50,365 nt of DNA from Trichoplax sp. H2 (taxonomy: Eukaryota): contig NOWV01000010.1 in the NCBI GenBank assembly GCA_003344405.1, positions 1,054,001 through 1,104,365 on the forward strand, written 5' to 3'. The translations under genes and the position numbers were made by a program. Shown piece after piece: positions 1 to 16,100 of the stretch. Numbering within the stretch: the first letter of the stretch is position 1; the number at the start of each line of letters is the position of its first letter. The notes beneath the pieces are model-generated. The model did not search any database and was not told where the DNA came from. It saw nothing but the letters and a program-made list of their open reading frames with translations.

Positions 1-110
1 CTTCACTCTAGTGTCCACGGAGGTAGAATTTTTAACTATCGTTCCATAACGAATGGAATTAGTTCTTATTCAGTTTAATTGATATCGTTTCAACTTGACC
101 TAACAAATAG

Positions 111-532
111 GAACCATCAATCCTTACAGAACAAGCAATCGAAGATGATTCGGAAGATAGTTCAAGTACAGAATCTTCGGATGATAGTGATACTGAAACA
201 GTCAGATCCGCGAAAGAAGAAAAAGGTCCAAAATGTAAAAGGAACGAAGATAAAGATAGCAAAAGGGTAAGTTGTACATTATCACGCGTGAGTAAGTGTA
301 ATTTTTCTAATTTTGCAATCAGTTAGCTAGGATAATAGTACTACTGGAATAACAATCTCTATATACGCGTATTTGACTTAATTTATTTGATTGATGATTA
401 TGCAAAAACATCAATTTTAAGGAACGAAAGAAATTAGCGAAGGAAGCCCAGAGAGAGAAAAGAAAAAACAAAACTCCGAAACACGTTAAGAAAAGGAAAG
501 AAAAGGTTGCTAGAATGAAGAAAGGAAAATAA
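111..532 (+). CDS. RIOK1: RIO1 family serine/threonine kinase, last two coding exons (111-266, 422-532); 5' part lies outside the window
   Basis: The spliced phase-0 GT-AG join reads [29 protein letters not shown]...[46 protein letters not shown]. The acidic stretch followed by [22 protein letters not shown] is the characteristic RIO1 C-terminus. Confidence 0.9.
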
Positions 533-1888
533 ATTGTGTCTTGTAAATGGATCAAGTAATCGTGTCGTTATACGCACAATATGCATTACCATATTTGCTG
601 TAAACATGGAATGGATATATGCAACATTTGTCGCTTGAAGTGAAAGATTCGTATAAAATATGATACGATTAAATCGGTGTTCCGGTTTGAACTCTGTATT
701 ACTTGTTAAAGCTTTAAATAGAAAAAAGATCCTACTATCTTTAAAATTCAATTTTAAGATAACAATAAGCGAAGGAATTAGTGTAAAATGAGAGACACAG
801 TTAATTAAATCAATGTTCAGGTTTGGACTCTGTATTAATTATTCATTAAGGTCAATACTGAAATGCCATAAGGCCTTGCTACCGGTACGCTACACATTCA
901 CTCTTAGAAGTAATAGCTGTATTATTAACCATTCTCTATGGTCACATAGTATTTTTTAAAGACCACCTAATCTGAAGTTCAATACAGTCAGGAAGGCAAT
1001 AAAATGTGAAAATAACTTTATTAAAATATTAGCATCAACATTATACTAACTAATGTACTACTTGAAAGTATGCAAGTACAAGAAGACGCAGCCTAGTAAC
1101 AATGCTATGTGTAGCTTGTCGTTCGAGAATCATAGCTACGCGCGTGCAATCCTAATGACTATTTTAACACATAAGAATAATTTACACACTTTAGTATTAC
1201 AGTTCTAACTGTATATAAATTAGTCATCATGAGCTGACGTAATAAACGTTATAGAAGCAAGAATAAAGTAAAGTCATAACTTCTTTCCTTAAGGATGTAA
1301 CAGAAATGGTTACCTGAGTATTTAAATTATTATATAGCTTCAATCTTATTGATTTTATATCATCAATAATAAACATATGCGTTCCATTGCATATTAACTT
1401 AATATATTCGAGGAACGATAGTCAGTTAATTCTTGCCAAAAGCTGGTTAGGCAAATCTTATACAATAATTATCACATGATAAAATTAGTAAGTTTGATAA
1501 ATTGGACATTTCTGTTAGTTTCATAGAATTAGTACTGTAGCTTACCCGTTATCGTAACGTAAATATTAAGTAATTATTGAACGTAGAAATTCATCATGAA
1601 CTGATGAATTACAGATAGATTTTTATTGAAACAAATAGCACAATTTTAGATTTGAAACATTTTTAAGCAGAGAATGTACAAATAGTGTTCAATATTCATC
1701 TTAATTCTTGCTTGTTAGGTAGAATTTGGCATTATCGTTGAGTCGGAGTTTAATCACATTCGTCGATAACTGGAGTTTCTTAATTATACAAAGGCATAAA
1801 GAGTATGAGCTGAATTTTATTATTCAGCAGAGATCAATGCAGCCCTTGCATAGTTTACTCTTTCATTTGTTGTTCAACCATATCTTAC

Positions 1889-5223
<3,335 letters not shown>

Positions 5224-5567
5224 TTAAAATGTGCAGACAGGTTTTATTGATTCAATTTCTTTTGTCACGCTATCCACAAACCAAGTCGTTATCGACAATA
5301 ACTCGACGATGGGCTACAATTTCAACGTTTGAAGGGAATCACAAACTTTTCTCAGTTAATTTCTGACTACTTGTGAGTCAGAAAGAGAAACGCCATTGAG
5401 TGAGCCATCAAGGCAATGCTCCATTTCCTATGGTGGGACGCTTGTTGTTGTTGATGTTTTTGTTGATATTATTTTTAATACCGAAGGGAGAGGCTGATTG
5501 GAATGTAAAGGAGTAGACTGTTGCAAACCGCGCACAGGATCGATACGATACCATGAACTAGATAGGG

Positions 5568-5854
5568 CAATCCAATACAGCAAAGAGAGAGAGAGAAAAT
5601 GGTGGGTACTGGTACGATACTGGTACTGATCGCCAGTCTGGCGTCCAATGGAAATGAGTACTATACACTGTAGGAGAGAGTACTATGTATTGTAGAACTC
5701 GATAGCACAATCCAATACAGTACAGTACAGTACAGCAAAGACTGAGAGAGAAAATGGTGGGTACTGGTATTACAGTATGCTGGTACTGATCGCCAGTCTG
5801 GTATCCAATGGAAAAGAGTACTATACACTGTAGAAGAGAGTACTATGTATTGTA
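5568..5854. repeat. Imperfect tandem duplication of a ~130-145 bp unit (5568-5694 and 5708-5854)
   Basis: Both copies read CAATCCAATACAG..CAAAGA..GAGAGAAAATGGTGGGTACTGGTA..CTGGTACTGATCGCCAGTCTGG..TCCAATGGAAA.GAGTACTATACACTGTAG.AGAGAGTACTATGTATTGTAG. Confidence 0.9.
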
Positions 5855-7290
5855 GCACAGCCGTCTCATTGGCCATCACTTTCTTTCTAGGAAGTCGAGT
5901 GTACAGTACGTACACAAAGGCTACGACTGCGCCTGAGTCACCGGCTGACAATACTCTTCTTGTACTAGGTAAGTGTTGAATCATCAGTAACGATAGTATA
6001 GCTGTGTAGTGGATGCAACATGGACTTTCCTTTTGTTATGGTAACATCTTGCCTATCGTAGAGTAGAAATAATCGACGAGAAACCAGCGGAATTTACACT
6101 GCTGTGCAGTGTACACTAGTAGTCATCGACAGTGCAGTATTATTAGTTGATGTCGTTGAAAATATCAATTTGGAAAAAGCTCTCCTAGGTCTAGACAGCG
6201 GGCTCCAACTATTCTGCAGGACAATATCGACCTAACAGATTAAGTCAACACACCATCGTGACGTGTGTTCATAAAGTTGACAGTAGTCACGTGACATGAA
6301 GTCATTCATGATCTTACCTCAAGATCTCCAAACCAGAAATTGTAGCTGCTGACAGTGTACTGTACAGTACACTGTACAGTAGCAAAACGATCGTTGAATA
6401 CAGTACTGTATACTGTACACTATACTGTATAGCTCTACCCATTGGGAATTGACATCGAAATTACAGGGACTACTAGAGCTGCAGATCCCTGCCATGGGAC
6501 TCAACCCCACAATATATCCGAACATTTTGCAAAAGCTGGAACCGAAATGCTGATAGTGCTAGACATCGACTTTGTTTTTGTGCATTTTTTCAATTACTTG
6601 GACAGCGTTGAGTAAAATAAGTGAAGAAAAACTGGAGCACATCGGCAGCTCCACCTCGTACAGTACATGACGTCGATCTGAAGTGAAGGCTGAACTTTCA
6701 ACTATGGATTTACCTGGACGTGTATACAGTACAGTAAAACTGCATGGCGTAAAGTACTGTACAGTACAGTACACAGTACAGTACTGTATCCAACTTCCTA
6801 CAGTACTGTACTGTACTCTCCATTTTGTCTCGTACTGTACTGTGGTGAGGACGCATAACCAAGGTTGCCAGGACAGGACATGCTTCGCTGTGGATGAAAT
6901 AATGTACAATTTAGCCACGACAGTTGGAGCGATCGAATACGGTGGCTCACAATCTGAAAACTTTAAAGCTGTAAGTTTTGTACTTTTAGAGACATTAAGC
7001 TTTAAAATATAAAAGCTTAAATAAACTATGCTACCTATTCTACTGTACAGTACAGTACCTTCTTAACAGGATTTGACTAGATTTACAAGTTTGCGGGTAA
7101 ACCTACAGTACCGTAGAATCCCCTCCCCGTACCGGCAACCCTCACGAAAACATTGACCCGTCGTCGGGTTTGACCGGCTTCTACGGTACAGTACGGTACT
7201 GCACACAGTGTACAGTACAGTGAGTACTGTATCTTACAGTACATTTTACTGTGTCGTACTGTACGGTACCGTATAGCGATTTGTACTGTG
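5700..7290. repeat. Patchy (TACAG/TACTG)n pentamer arrays in the divergent PCMTD1-PEX3 upstream region
   Basis: Dense patches at about 5715-5735, 6350-6430, 6720-6845 and 7040-7290, e.g. GTACTGTACAGTACAGTACACAGTACAGTACTGTA at 6753-6788. Confidence 0.9.
7111..7186. mobile_element. 76-bp TA-flanked miniature inverted-repeat element with CCGTA termini (Tc2/pogo-like ends)
   Basis: TA|CCGTAGAATCC...GGCTTCTACGG|TA forms a 10/11 inverted match. The same CCGTAGAATCC 11-mer recurs at 33811-33821. Confidence 0.45.
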
Positions 7291-7409
7291 TTGTAGATGA
7301 GCTTGAGGTATCAAGGCTTGAGCTATCACAAACCGAGCGAGAACTTGCCTTGAAGAGATCTCAAAACAATTTCAGCTTGGCATCTTGTGCCGTTCTACTG
7401 GATTTCAAG

Positions 7410-10400
7410 ATGACTTTCATGAATGCAATGTACAACTTTTTCAATCGTCATCGCCGAAAAATTATCATTTCGTCAGCCATTGCTGGAGGTATGTATTGCT
7501 CAAGAATCGTTGATAAGGGACTGTGAACCGATTGCAATTTTATAGTTGGATGCATACCAATACTAGGCTCAAAAAGATGCCAATGCTTTTCTTATCCACA
7601 TGCAGTAATTCTATTTGTCTAATCGATAGCATTGTCCAATTAACTTACCATTCATTCATTCTATTATTATCCAGAGTCTTGTTGCATCATCTACGATAAT
7701 AGTACAACTACAAGATTCACCGTAGTAATAGGCAATCAAATCATAACGATGATAATACGAAGATGGATAGACTACGATCACTTATTCGAAAGCACGCAAT
7801 TGCAAATTGCGGTCCGTACACACTGACATACCTTAACAACTTTCAAAGTCTTTTCATCTTATATACATGTATCGAGTGTAGGCTTAGCATATCATAGATA
7901 CTCTATGTTGTAACCATGTCATAGTTTTGACTTAGTAGCGCAAGAAACACGGTATCATTATCTTAACTCCTATACAGTACACTGTAGATGCAGTAGGTAA
8001 AGTGGTGAAATAGACAGCAAGCAAGCGATCGAACGCTTTTACTATCAGTCTATCAACTTGAAATGCTCTGACCAAAGTCCAAAACAGTCCAAGCTCTTGT
8101 CATCATTATCATCCCCAGAATCTGCTCATTTAGATATCATAGATGATGACCGAGATAGATTAAGTCGATAAATGGATTGAAATGTTCACCTTGAAATGAA
8201 GTTGAAAAGGATAAACAGACACATTAGCTAAATGACATTTCTTATAAATATAGACAGTAATTTGTAGCACTGTATAGAAAACGGAACACTTGTCAATATA
8301 GGCAACGCATTATGAGATGTAAAACAGAAAACAGCATTTTTTTCTTATAAATACAGTACAAATAGTAATTTAAACTATTCAAGAAACTCGTCTATGCAGC
8401 CAACGTATTAGAACATGTAAAAAAGGATAGATTGTCATAGAACGAATCTGCAGCAACTTCACTTAGTTTCGTGCAATTTAATCCTAATAATGTAAGCTAG
8501 AAACCATAGGGGTCACTAGTGCAAAGCATGTCTTATAGACATCTCCTTATTTCTAGAGGAAATGAAGGTATAGCTGAAGCCCGTAAGATATACTTAATTA
8601 ATCGTACTATGAAGTATGTACTGTACAACAGCACTTTATCGGACACGATTTTGTATTGCTGCCACAGACCCTGACAAAAATCGAAGCAGGCTTTTTCTCC
8701 TAAAACTATAAAATAATCTCTCCATTATAATAAACTTGTTTCTCCATCTCATGACAGCTAGATACTAACAATTTAGGTACTATAGAATCTAATTTACAAT
8801 CCTAAATTAATAGCAATATATTTATAACCAAGGTGTTGTTGTCTTGGTCAAATATTCACAATGGCGATTGCAAAAATATATTGAAGGCGAAACAACGTTA
8901 CAAATGACACGAGCAAGGTATGTACAATTGATACGATCACAAAGTACCTTTTCAATAAGGGATTTAGTAATTAATTACTGTATTCGCCTATTCCAAAATT
9001 AGTAGTCACCGCTATACTGCTGGCGTAAATCGCTTCTTCTGTTACTTGATTAGGATATAAACCATTATATCCTAAATCTTATTCATCTTTATCGCTTTTA
9101 TAGGATGGAGAATCATTTTAACAACAATCAAAAGACTTGCCATTTAACAAGTAAAACTAATAGTAGTATTCATACTCTTATATCTATCTTGACAAGTAAA
9201 ATTACTCATATGAAATGTATGATACCTGACCAATTTTCCTGTAAAATTTACCTGCATATCTATTTTATATTCTTACGTATAGTTATATCATTACTGCCAA
9301 ATCTAAGTGAAGCAATCGAAAAAGAAATCAATTTGGATGAGTTAACAGAAAAACTGAAAGCAAGGTAGATTCAGAACAAAAATACTAGGTTAAATGGTGT
9401 CCGTTTATTTATCAGTAAAACACTTTGTGCAAAATTCTTATTTGATAAAAATGATTATCATTCCATAATCATTAAATTAATTTTTTTAATATTCATCCGT
9501 TAGACCTCCAAATCGTCTGCAAATCTGGGAAAATTTAAAGACGCTAAGTAATAAACTTGAACTGCTATTCTTTCGGTAGACAGGATATTGTATCTTAGAT
9601 ATGTTATATCCATTTATTACATAGCATTTACACAAGTGGTAACCAAGTTATACAGCGTATGCATGCTAACGATTTTGGTTCGTATTCAACTAAATATTAT
9701 TGGTGGTTATATGTACCTTGATAGCACAAATGATAAAGAGACAAAAAATGTAAGTTGCTATTATTGTAATCACTTATATGACAATAACTTAAAAGCATTC
9801 GTATGAAGAGAATTCTTCTAATTCATAATTGCAGGCAGATAGCGATCAAACTTACGCCTCTGCACGATTACAACAGCGCTATCTTTCCGTGGTCTATTAT
9901 TTATTGGGAGATGGTATTGCGCTAATATCAATAAAAGATTAATACAGTAATAGCCAAACGTTATCTACATTATATAACTCCAAATCAATTTGTTTATATT
10001 AGGAATGAAAGAGTTTATAAAAGTTGTGAAAGATACCATAAGTGATATTGTTACAAAGTAAGTTATATGAATATTCGAGATATTATAATACAACTATATT
10101 TAAGAATCTTTATACTTATGCAATACTGAGTACAGTAGATGACCAATAAGGATGATTGCCAATAGATAAAGTAAACTTGTAAATAAACTCATTTTCAATT
10201 TCGATGTCAATCAATTCAAACAGCTTAAGCCTAAAGAAAGAAGTATCACTTGGCGATATTAGTCAATTGTTTCAAAGAATAAGGATGGTTTTACATGATA
10301 AATTATGTCAAGCTAATCAAGATTCGAAAAGGTATAGTCATAGTTTACCCTATAATTTCAATTCCTGTTAATGTAATCAAAGATTCACTTACAATGTCTC

Positions 10401-11260
10401 ATTATATTCATTTTTGACACTATATCTAGCTTTTTAACCTCGTTCATGATACCTCCTAACGATGAAATAAGTGACTCGGTATTTAGCTATGCTTCACTAT
10501 GAAACTGACCTACCTTGTTAATCGTCAATAGTTTCTGCGATATTTTTGCAATCTTCAGGAATATGATATATTTTAACTAATTACTGAACCATTGTTTATT
10601 TACGTATAGTTTGAATCCCTTCAAGAGAATCAATTATTTAGTAAACTGATGTCAGAAACTAGAGATATGATAGAAAGTCAAGATTGCATTAAAGTAATGA
10701 ACCATTGTTTAGATTTTGGTTTTAATACTTTTATGGACAAGGTTGATGAGGCTGTTAAACAGCAAGTGACTTCGAAGAATATTGAGTAAGCTTCCTTACA
10801 TTCGATAACATAAATTAGTTATTATCAATTGTTACTTTTCTTGTAGTACTTTGTAATGAATCTTTATTTGATTACTATATTACAGAATTACTTTGGCAGT
10901 TGCAAAATTATTGCCAGTTGTAACGAGTCAACTTAAAGTCATGATGAAAGAATCAAGTAACACTTCCAATTCATTCTTGCAGGTATACAGTACTATTGTT
11001 TAAAGAATCCTATTTTAAACTTTTAGTAGCTATTAATGCCGTTAGAGATGGAATAACTTTAAATTCTTTGTGTTATTAATGCCTGTTACTAACAGTTAAT
11101 CAGATTAATTGTATGTAATTATGCTCAAAATACCCGTAAAATAAGCAGAGGTAAATTGTAATTCTTGATTACTTTTGAACAATTTTAGAAATTGATGGAT
11201 CACAAATTAATTGAAATGTTATCATTGAACATATATGAAGCATTTGCGCAGCCTATTTAA
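7410..11260 (+). CDS. PEX3: Peroxisomal biogenesis factor 3; 13 exons (approx. 7410-7488, 8833-8917, 9104-9150, 9283-9364, 9504-9547, 9625-9749, 9835-9913, 10003-10057, 10224-10331, 10430-10478, 10610-10785, 10886-10982, 11189-11260)
   Basis: The spliced product has [21 protein letters not shown] (N-terminal membrane anchor), [53 protein letters not shown] and the C-terminal NIYEAF. These are all PEX3 hallmarks. Confidence 0.95.
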
Positions 11261-11746
11261 AGAAAATGCACAATAAGGATATCATTATAAAATGTGTTAG
11301 ATGTTACAGCCCCATACGGAGAATTTACAACTTAATCTAAACATAATTTCGATTTTCGTATTGTAAACACATCTCCCATGCAATTATCAATGCCATTTTT
11401 TAACATTTCTTATCATTTATGTACAATCAACAAATGTATTAAGTCTATTATAAGAACTGATAGATTATACTCGTAAATGCAATGATGCGATCATAGCAAA
11501 TTCTTTTTTATTGCATATTACTAGTCATGTCTATATGACAATCGCCATAGTTTTATTTCTTCGCCCATAGCTAATTTAGGGTATGTTCAGAAACTATCTA
11601 AATAAGGTAATCTTATGGTACTACTGTAAACTCCATAAATCTTTCCACTACGGTGTATTTCTCTTAGTCGCTACGGTACATAAATATTTACTTGCAAAAA
11701 ATTTTCATTAATTTTCGATAGCACTATTATAAATGCAGTGACTACT

Positions 11747-12518
11747 ACTAGCTTATATCGCCCATGGTTATAAACTTTAATCATAATATTAATTATAACC
11801 GAGTGACCTATAAATGTATAATAAATGAATGATTAATTCTTTCAACACATTCTTTGGACTTCGAAAGGATTTCTTAAAACCGTGTTGCTCATTCTTATCA
11901 AACCTGTGNNNNNNNNNNNNNNNNNNNNGATTGGTTAGCAAATGTTTAGTTTTAAATACCTCTGACGGCTCTACGAAGCCTATAAATGATAGTGCAATTA
12001 GAAAATTTAGAGAGAGAGTAGAAGAAGATTTTATTTGAAGAACTTGTTGAATTTAAAAGGCCTTCGGGGTCGAATTGTCGTAAGTTAAAACGTTCTTCTT
12101 TTTGAAAGGTTGTTTGGTCGTTGACAGTTCTTAAGTCTGTCATTTATTTTAATAATACTTAAAGCTAAGTATTTGTAAGGTTGTTCGGTTTATACTTCTC
12201 TCCATTTTTGTTTTGAAATAAATTGTTGTTCGGTTATTTCCCCAAATTTTATTTGGTGTCAAAGTATTAGCGTTAAGTCGACCGGAGTGCAACGAAAGTA
12301 GAATCAAAGTTTGTTAAAGTTTCGTAGCTTGATCTCTACACATTTCATTTCATTACACTAGCTTATATCGCCCATGGTTATAAACTTTAATCATAATATT
12401 AATTATAACCGAGTGACCTATAAATGTATAATAAACGAATGATTAATTCTTTCAACACATTCTTTGGACTTCGAAAGGATTTCTTAAAACCGTGTTGCTC
12501 ATTCTTATCAAACCTGTG
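11747..12518. repeat. 162-bp near-identical direct repeat (11747-11908 and 12357-12518) either side of a 20-N scaffold gap (11909-11928)
   Basis: ACTAGCTTATATCGCCCATGG...TTATCAAACCTGTG occurs twice, with one T/C difference seen (11826 vs 12436). The first copy is cut exactly at the gap. Confidence 0.92.
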
Positions 12519-13121
12519 TTTGATTGAATATTAGAATATACGAGTAGTCCTTCGTAGTAGTAATCTAATGGAATACTACTTAATCCCAATTGCACGATAA
12601 TTTTAATGATAATGGCAACGAGCAGCCCTCATTTATTTTATTTAGTATAATGAACGAAAGCATAAGTGAAATGTTTAAGTAATGTAATATACTGCCTTTT
12701 GATTGTCCTATCCATTTTCATGTATTCTCATCAAGAAAGATCATTATGTTTCATTAACATCACACATGCAATTATTAGGCAACAATCAATCAAATGGTTT
12801 ACACATATATATATCCATTAAAGAAATGTAAATGATTTTAACATTTTATGAGATATGATTTTTACATCCTAGAGAATTTAAAATAAGTATCGTTAATATA
12901 TATATATACCTTATTTAATGTAGTAAACATGATCTTAGAGAGGTATTTTAAAATTCTAATGCCGCACTATTGATTTATTACTGTCTTCAATTGTATGCAT
13001 GAAAACTATGATATCAGAATGCGCGTAGTAGAATACTTTTCGTAATGTATGATCGAACTAGATTAATTCAGTGAACTAATTGAAATTACTTTTTCGTATA
13101 ACAGTATGTATTATAGCAAAA

Positions 13122-16100
13122 TTATGATCTGTTAGCCTTTTTCTTCTCATCCATCACTTCTCTTCGACAACACTTGGTAAAGGTTTTATGAAAGTCTTTA
13201 CATTTGTTCATTTCTTTAATTTCGTTTATATGTCGATTGATGCTAGTTTTTGATTCTAACTTCATTTTCTTAGTTGTAATCATATTGAATAATCTATCGA
13301 TACTGATAGATTTTAGATGACAACGATAGCCTTTCTTAGCAGCTAGGATACCCCATTTGCAGCAATTGCGAACTTTATTGACTAATCTTCTTTCATATGT
13401 TGTTAAAACGTCTTCCTCTTCATGTTTTGCCCCATGACCAGACGTAGCCATAGTAGGTGAACTTTTATTGTCTGCTGCTATTGCAAATTATATAAAATAG
13501 CAATAAATATATAAATAATATGTTTCAATTTAACGATTTCGAGTTGAAATAGACCTACTAAGATAATTCATAAAAAGAAAATTAAAGCTAAAATGCTTTA
13601 TTTAATTACTACCCGCTAGCATGGCAAAGTGAACAACACAAAGCATATCTAGTTATGTCCTGTTCGAGTCATAGTTTTATCCTAGTAAGTACAGCATACT
13701 ATCAAATTGATACCTATTTGATAGTAATCTGATAAGCAAATTTTTTAGCTACCATTTGTTTCCATATTCAATTTCAAATATTAAAAAGGAACAAATTCAG
13801 TACTCCAGACTTATAGTTGAATAAATTTTGAATAGACCCTAACATGTAATGAATTACATTTTTGTCACTGCAATTTAAAGAAGTAACCCTTACATCGTTT
13901 AATGGCTTTCTCATAAATATGAGCTAATACAGTAGCTTAACTAAATTGCAACATTCAAAACTTTAAAGCCTTAGGTAATACTGCTACGATATTAGATGTT
14001 CATTTGTTGAATTCCTTTGGTTGTAGTTTTCCTTTGCACTCGAACAAGAACTGAGATAATAATCGATTGCTATCCATAAATAGATTAAGTCCATTTTATA
14101 ATTTTCTGTTTAGTTACTGTAAGGATTAGTAAATGAAAGGACCAAGTTTTCTAGCCCTCGACGTACCTCGGATTATTATATTACACTTTATTAACTTTAA
14201 ATAGTTGCTCATTGATGAAAGATAGTTATATGAGATTTATCACGTGTTTGTACTGTATATCGGTAAAACTAGGATATTATAATGTTTACGGTAAAGATAG
14301 CAAATAGAGCGGTAATTCATATATTAGAATATGGTTAGTTCATCATATTCTGACTAGTAGAAATAATGTCTAAGTAACTACTGTATTAATTTCCATATTG
14401 GATTAATGATGGTCCGCTGTAAAATGCTGTTACTAATAATAATATGAATATGTATAAAATATGGTAGAATGTTGCTTTGCTGATTGCAGCTGTGAATGCT
14501 ACGCTACGAAAGGTATTAAGGTGGAAACTTAGATTATTCCAGTAATTCTTTCTAAAAGTGCTTAGAAGTTGTATTCCTCTAGAGTAGAGCTGTGCATACG
14601 TTGTCTTTGTATAAGATCTAGTAAAGTTCTAATTTTTATAAATTTTGAATTTTCGTGATTGCTTATATCACAATAGCATATCGGAAGTCTTTCTCTTTAC
14701 TAGAGATAGCATTACATTACTAATGTATGTTGAATTGAATGTTCAAAATATATCACGCTTATATATATAATCATTGGGACCATAATTTTATCTATGGATT
14801 ACTCGCAGTAGAGCTACTGTACTACCGTCCTTCATAAAGTAAACTTCTTTTCTAAATATTTTGTTTCTAAGAAAATCGGCTAGATACAGTAGCAATTACT
14901 ATTCCCTATTTTGAAAATGTATAATAGCGATGAATTATTTCTTAATTAAAATTCAATTATGCTTTGTATTGACGTGCAGTATAGTAGAATATTCACAGAT
15001 CTAGCGTATTTTAGATTTAAAATGTGATACTTTATGTCATCGGCAATCTATTTTTTGTGACTTTAACTTCGGAGATTAGAGTTAGCTTTATTTCTACAAT
15101 GAAAATTGCTTGTAAAACAGAAGTTAAGTTGTTTTCACTAGAATGTAATCCTACTCATAATTTATTCTATTTGATTTATGCGTTGCTTCAATATCAAAGT
15201 ATCAATCAAGCATATGTTGATCTTTAGTCTATATCGCTATACATAACTCGAACGTTTAACTTTAATATCTACCTTACAACGTAATCATGGTTGTTATGTA
15301 TAAATACGATATAATATCTCCTCAATAAAATGAATAAAGTGCGTATCTAGATAGCGTTTATTATCGTTAATGTCAACAGACTAGCTGCAATTCGTACACT
15401 TATCGTTATAGTAATATGATTACAATCTACTCTATCATGGCTAATTAATTGAAAAATATTACGTAAACTGAAACTTAATGAATCATAAAATATTTATACT
15501 CTATATTGTTACAGTTTTACGTCAATCTAATTAATGTTATGCGCGTACTCGGTCAAGGTCAACTATGTAATTTTTTATGTTCATATGAACTAATTAATTA
15601 ATGGCATAAAAACATGAAGTAATACGTAGGTAAGTACAATAGTTAATATATAAATAAAAATAAAATTAGACCAAACGGTCATTTATGTTACTCGTTTAAG
15701 GAATAATAAGATGAGATTTTAACACTAGTGCTTGTTCAATTTCATGCCAGCTAGGTACTGTACTGCGTATCTTTTGAACAAATAAACAGGCATGGTCATT
15801 GTAGTAGGTCATTGAATTCTAGCAATATCCGAAAATCTTATAATTTAAACTTTTATTTGAGTAATGAGGAAAAAAAAGTGTGAAAAATAACAATATTTAC
15901 TCACGTTATTTTTAAGTGAGTTAGAAATGATATTTAAGTGATAGCAGCTACGTGGATCTTTTATCTGCATAGCTTTGAAACTGATCAATAATAGCCAAAT
16001 ATCTCTTTGTACACATAAGTAAATAGTAATAATTCATCATGAAAGCAATTTCTATTGTCTTTCTCAGAAGTTTTTAAATACTGCACTATTTCATCTTCAA

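Noticed and set aside
6286-6295. GTCACGTGAC E-box/CLEAR palindrome between PCMTD1 and PEX3
   Set aside because: It is a single 10-mer about 1.1 kb from both start codons and cannot be distinguished from chance without conservation data.
12269-12283. GCGTTAAGTCGACCG, resembling a bacterial 16S rRNA segment
   Set aside because: The flanking universally conserved rRNA motifs are missing, and the match is too short to call an rRNA.
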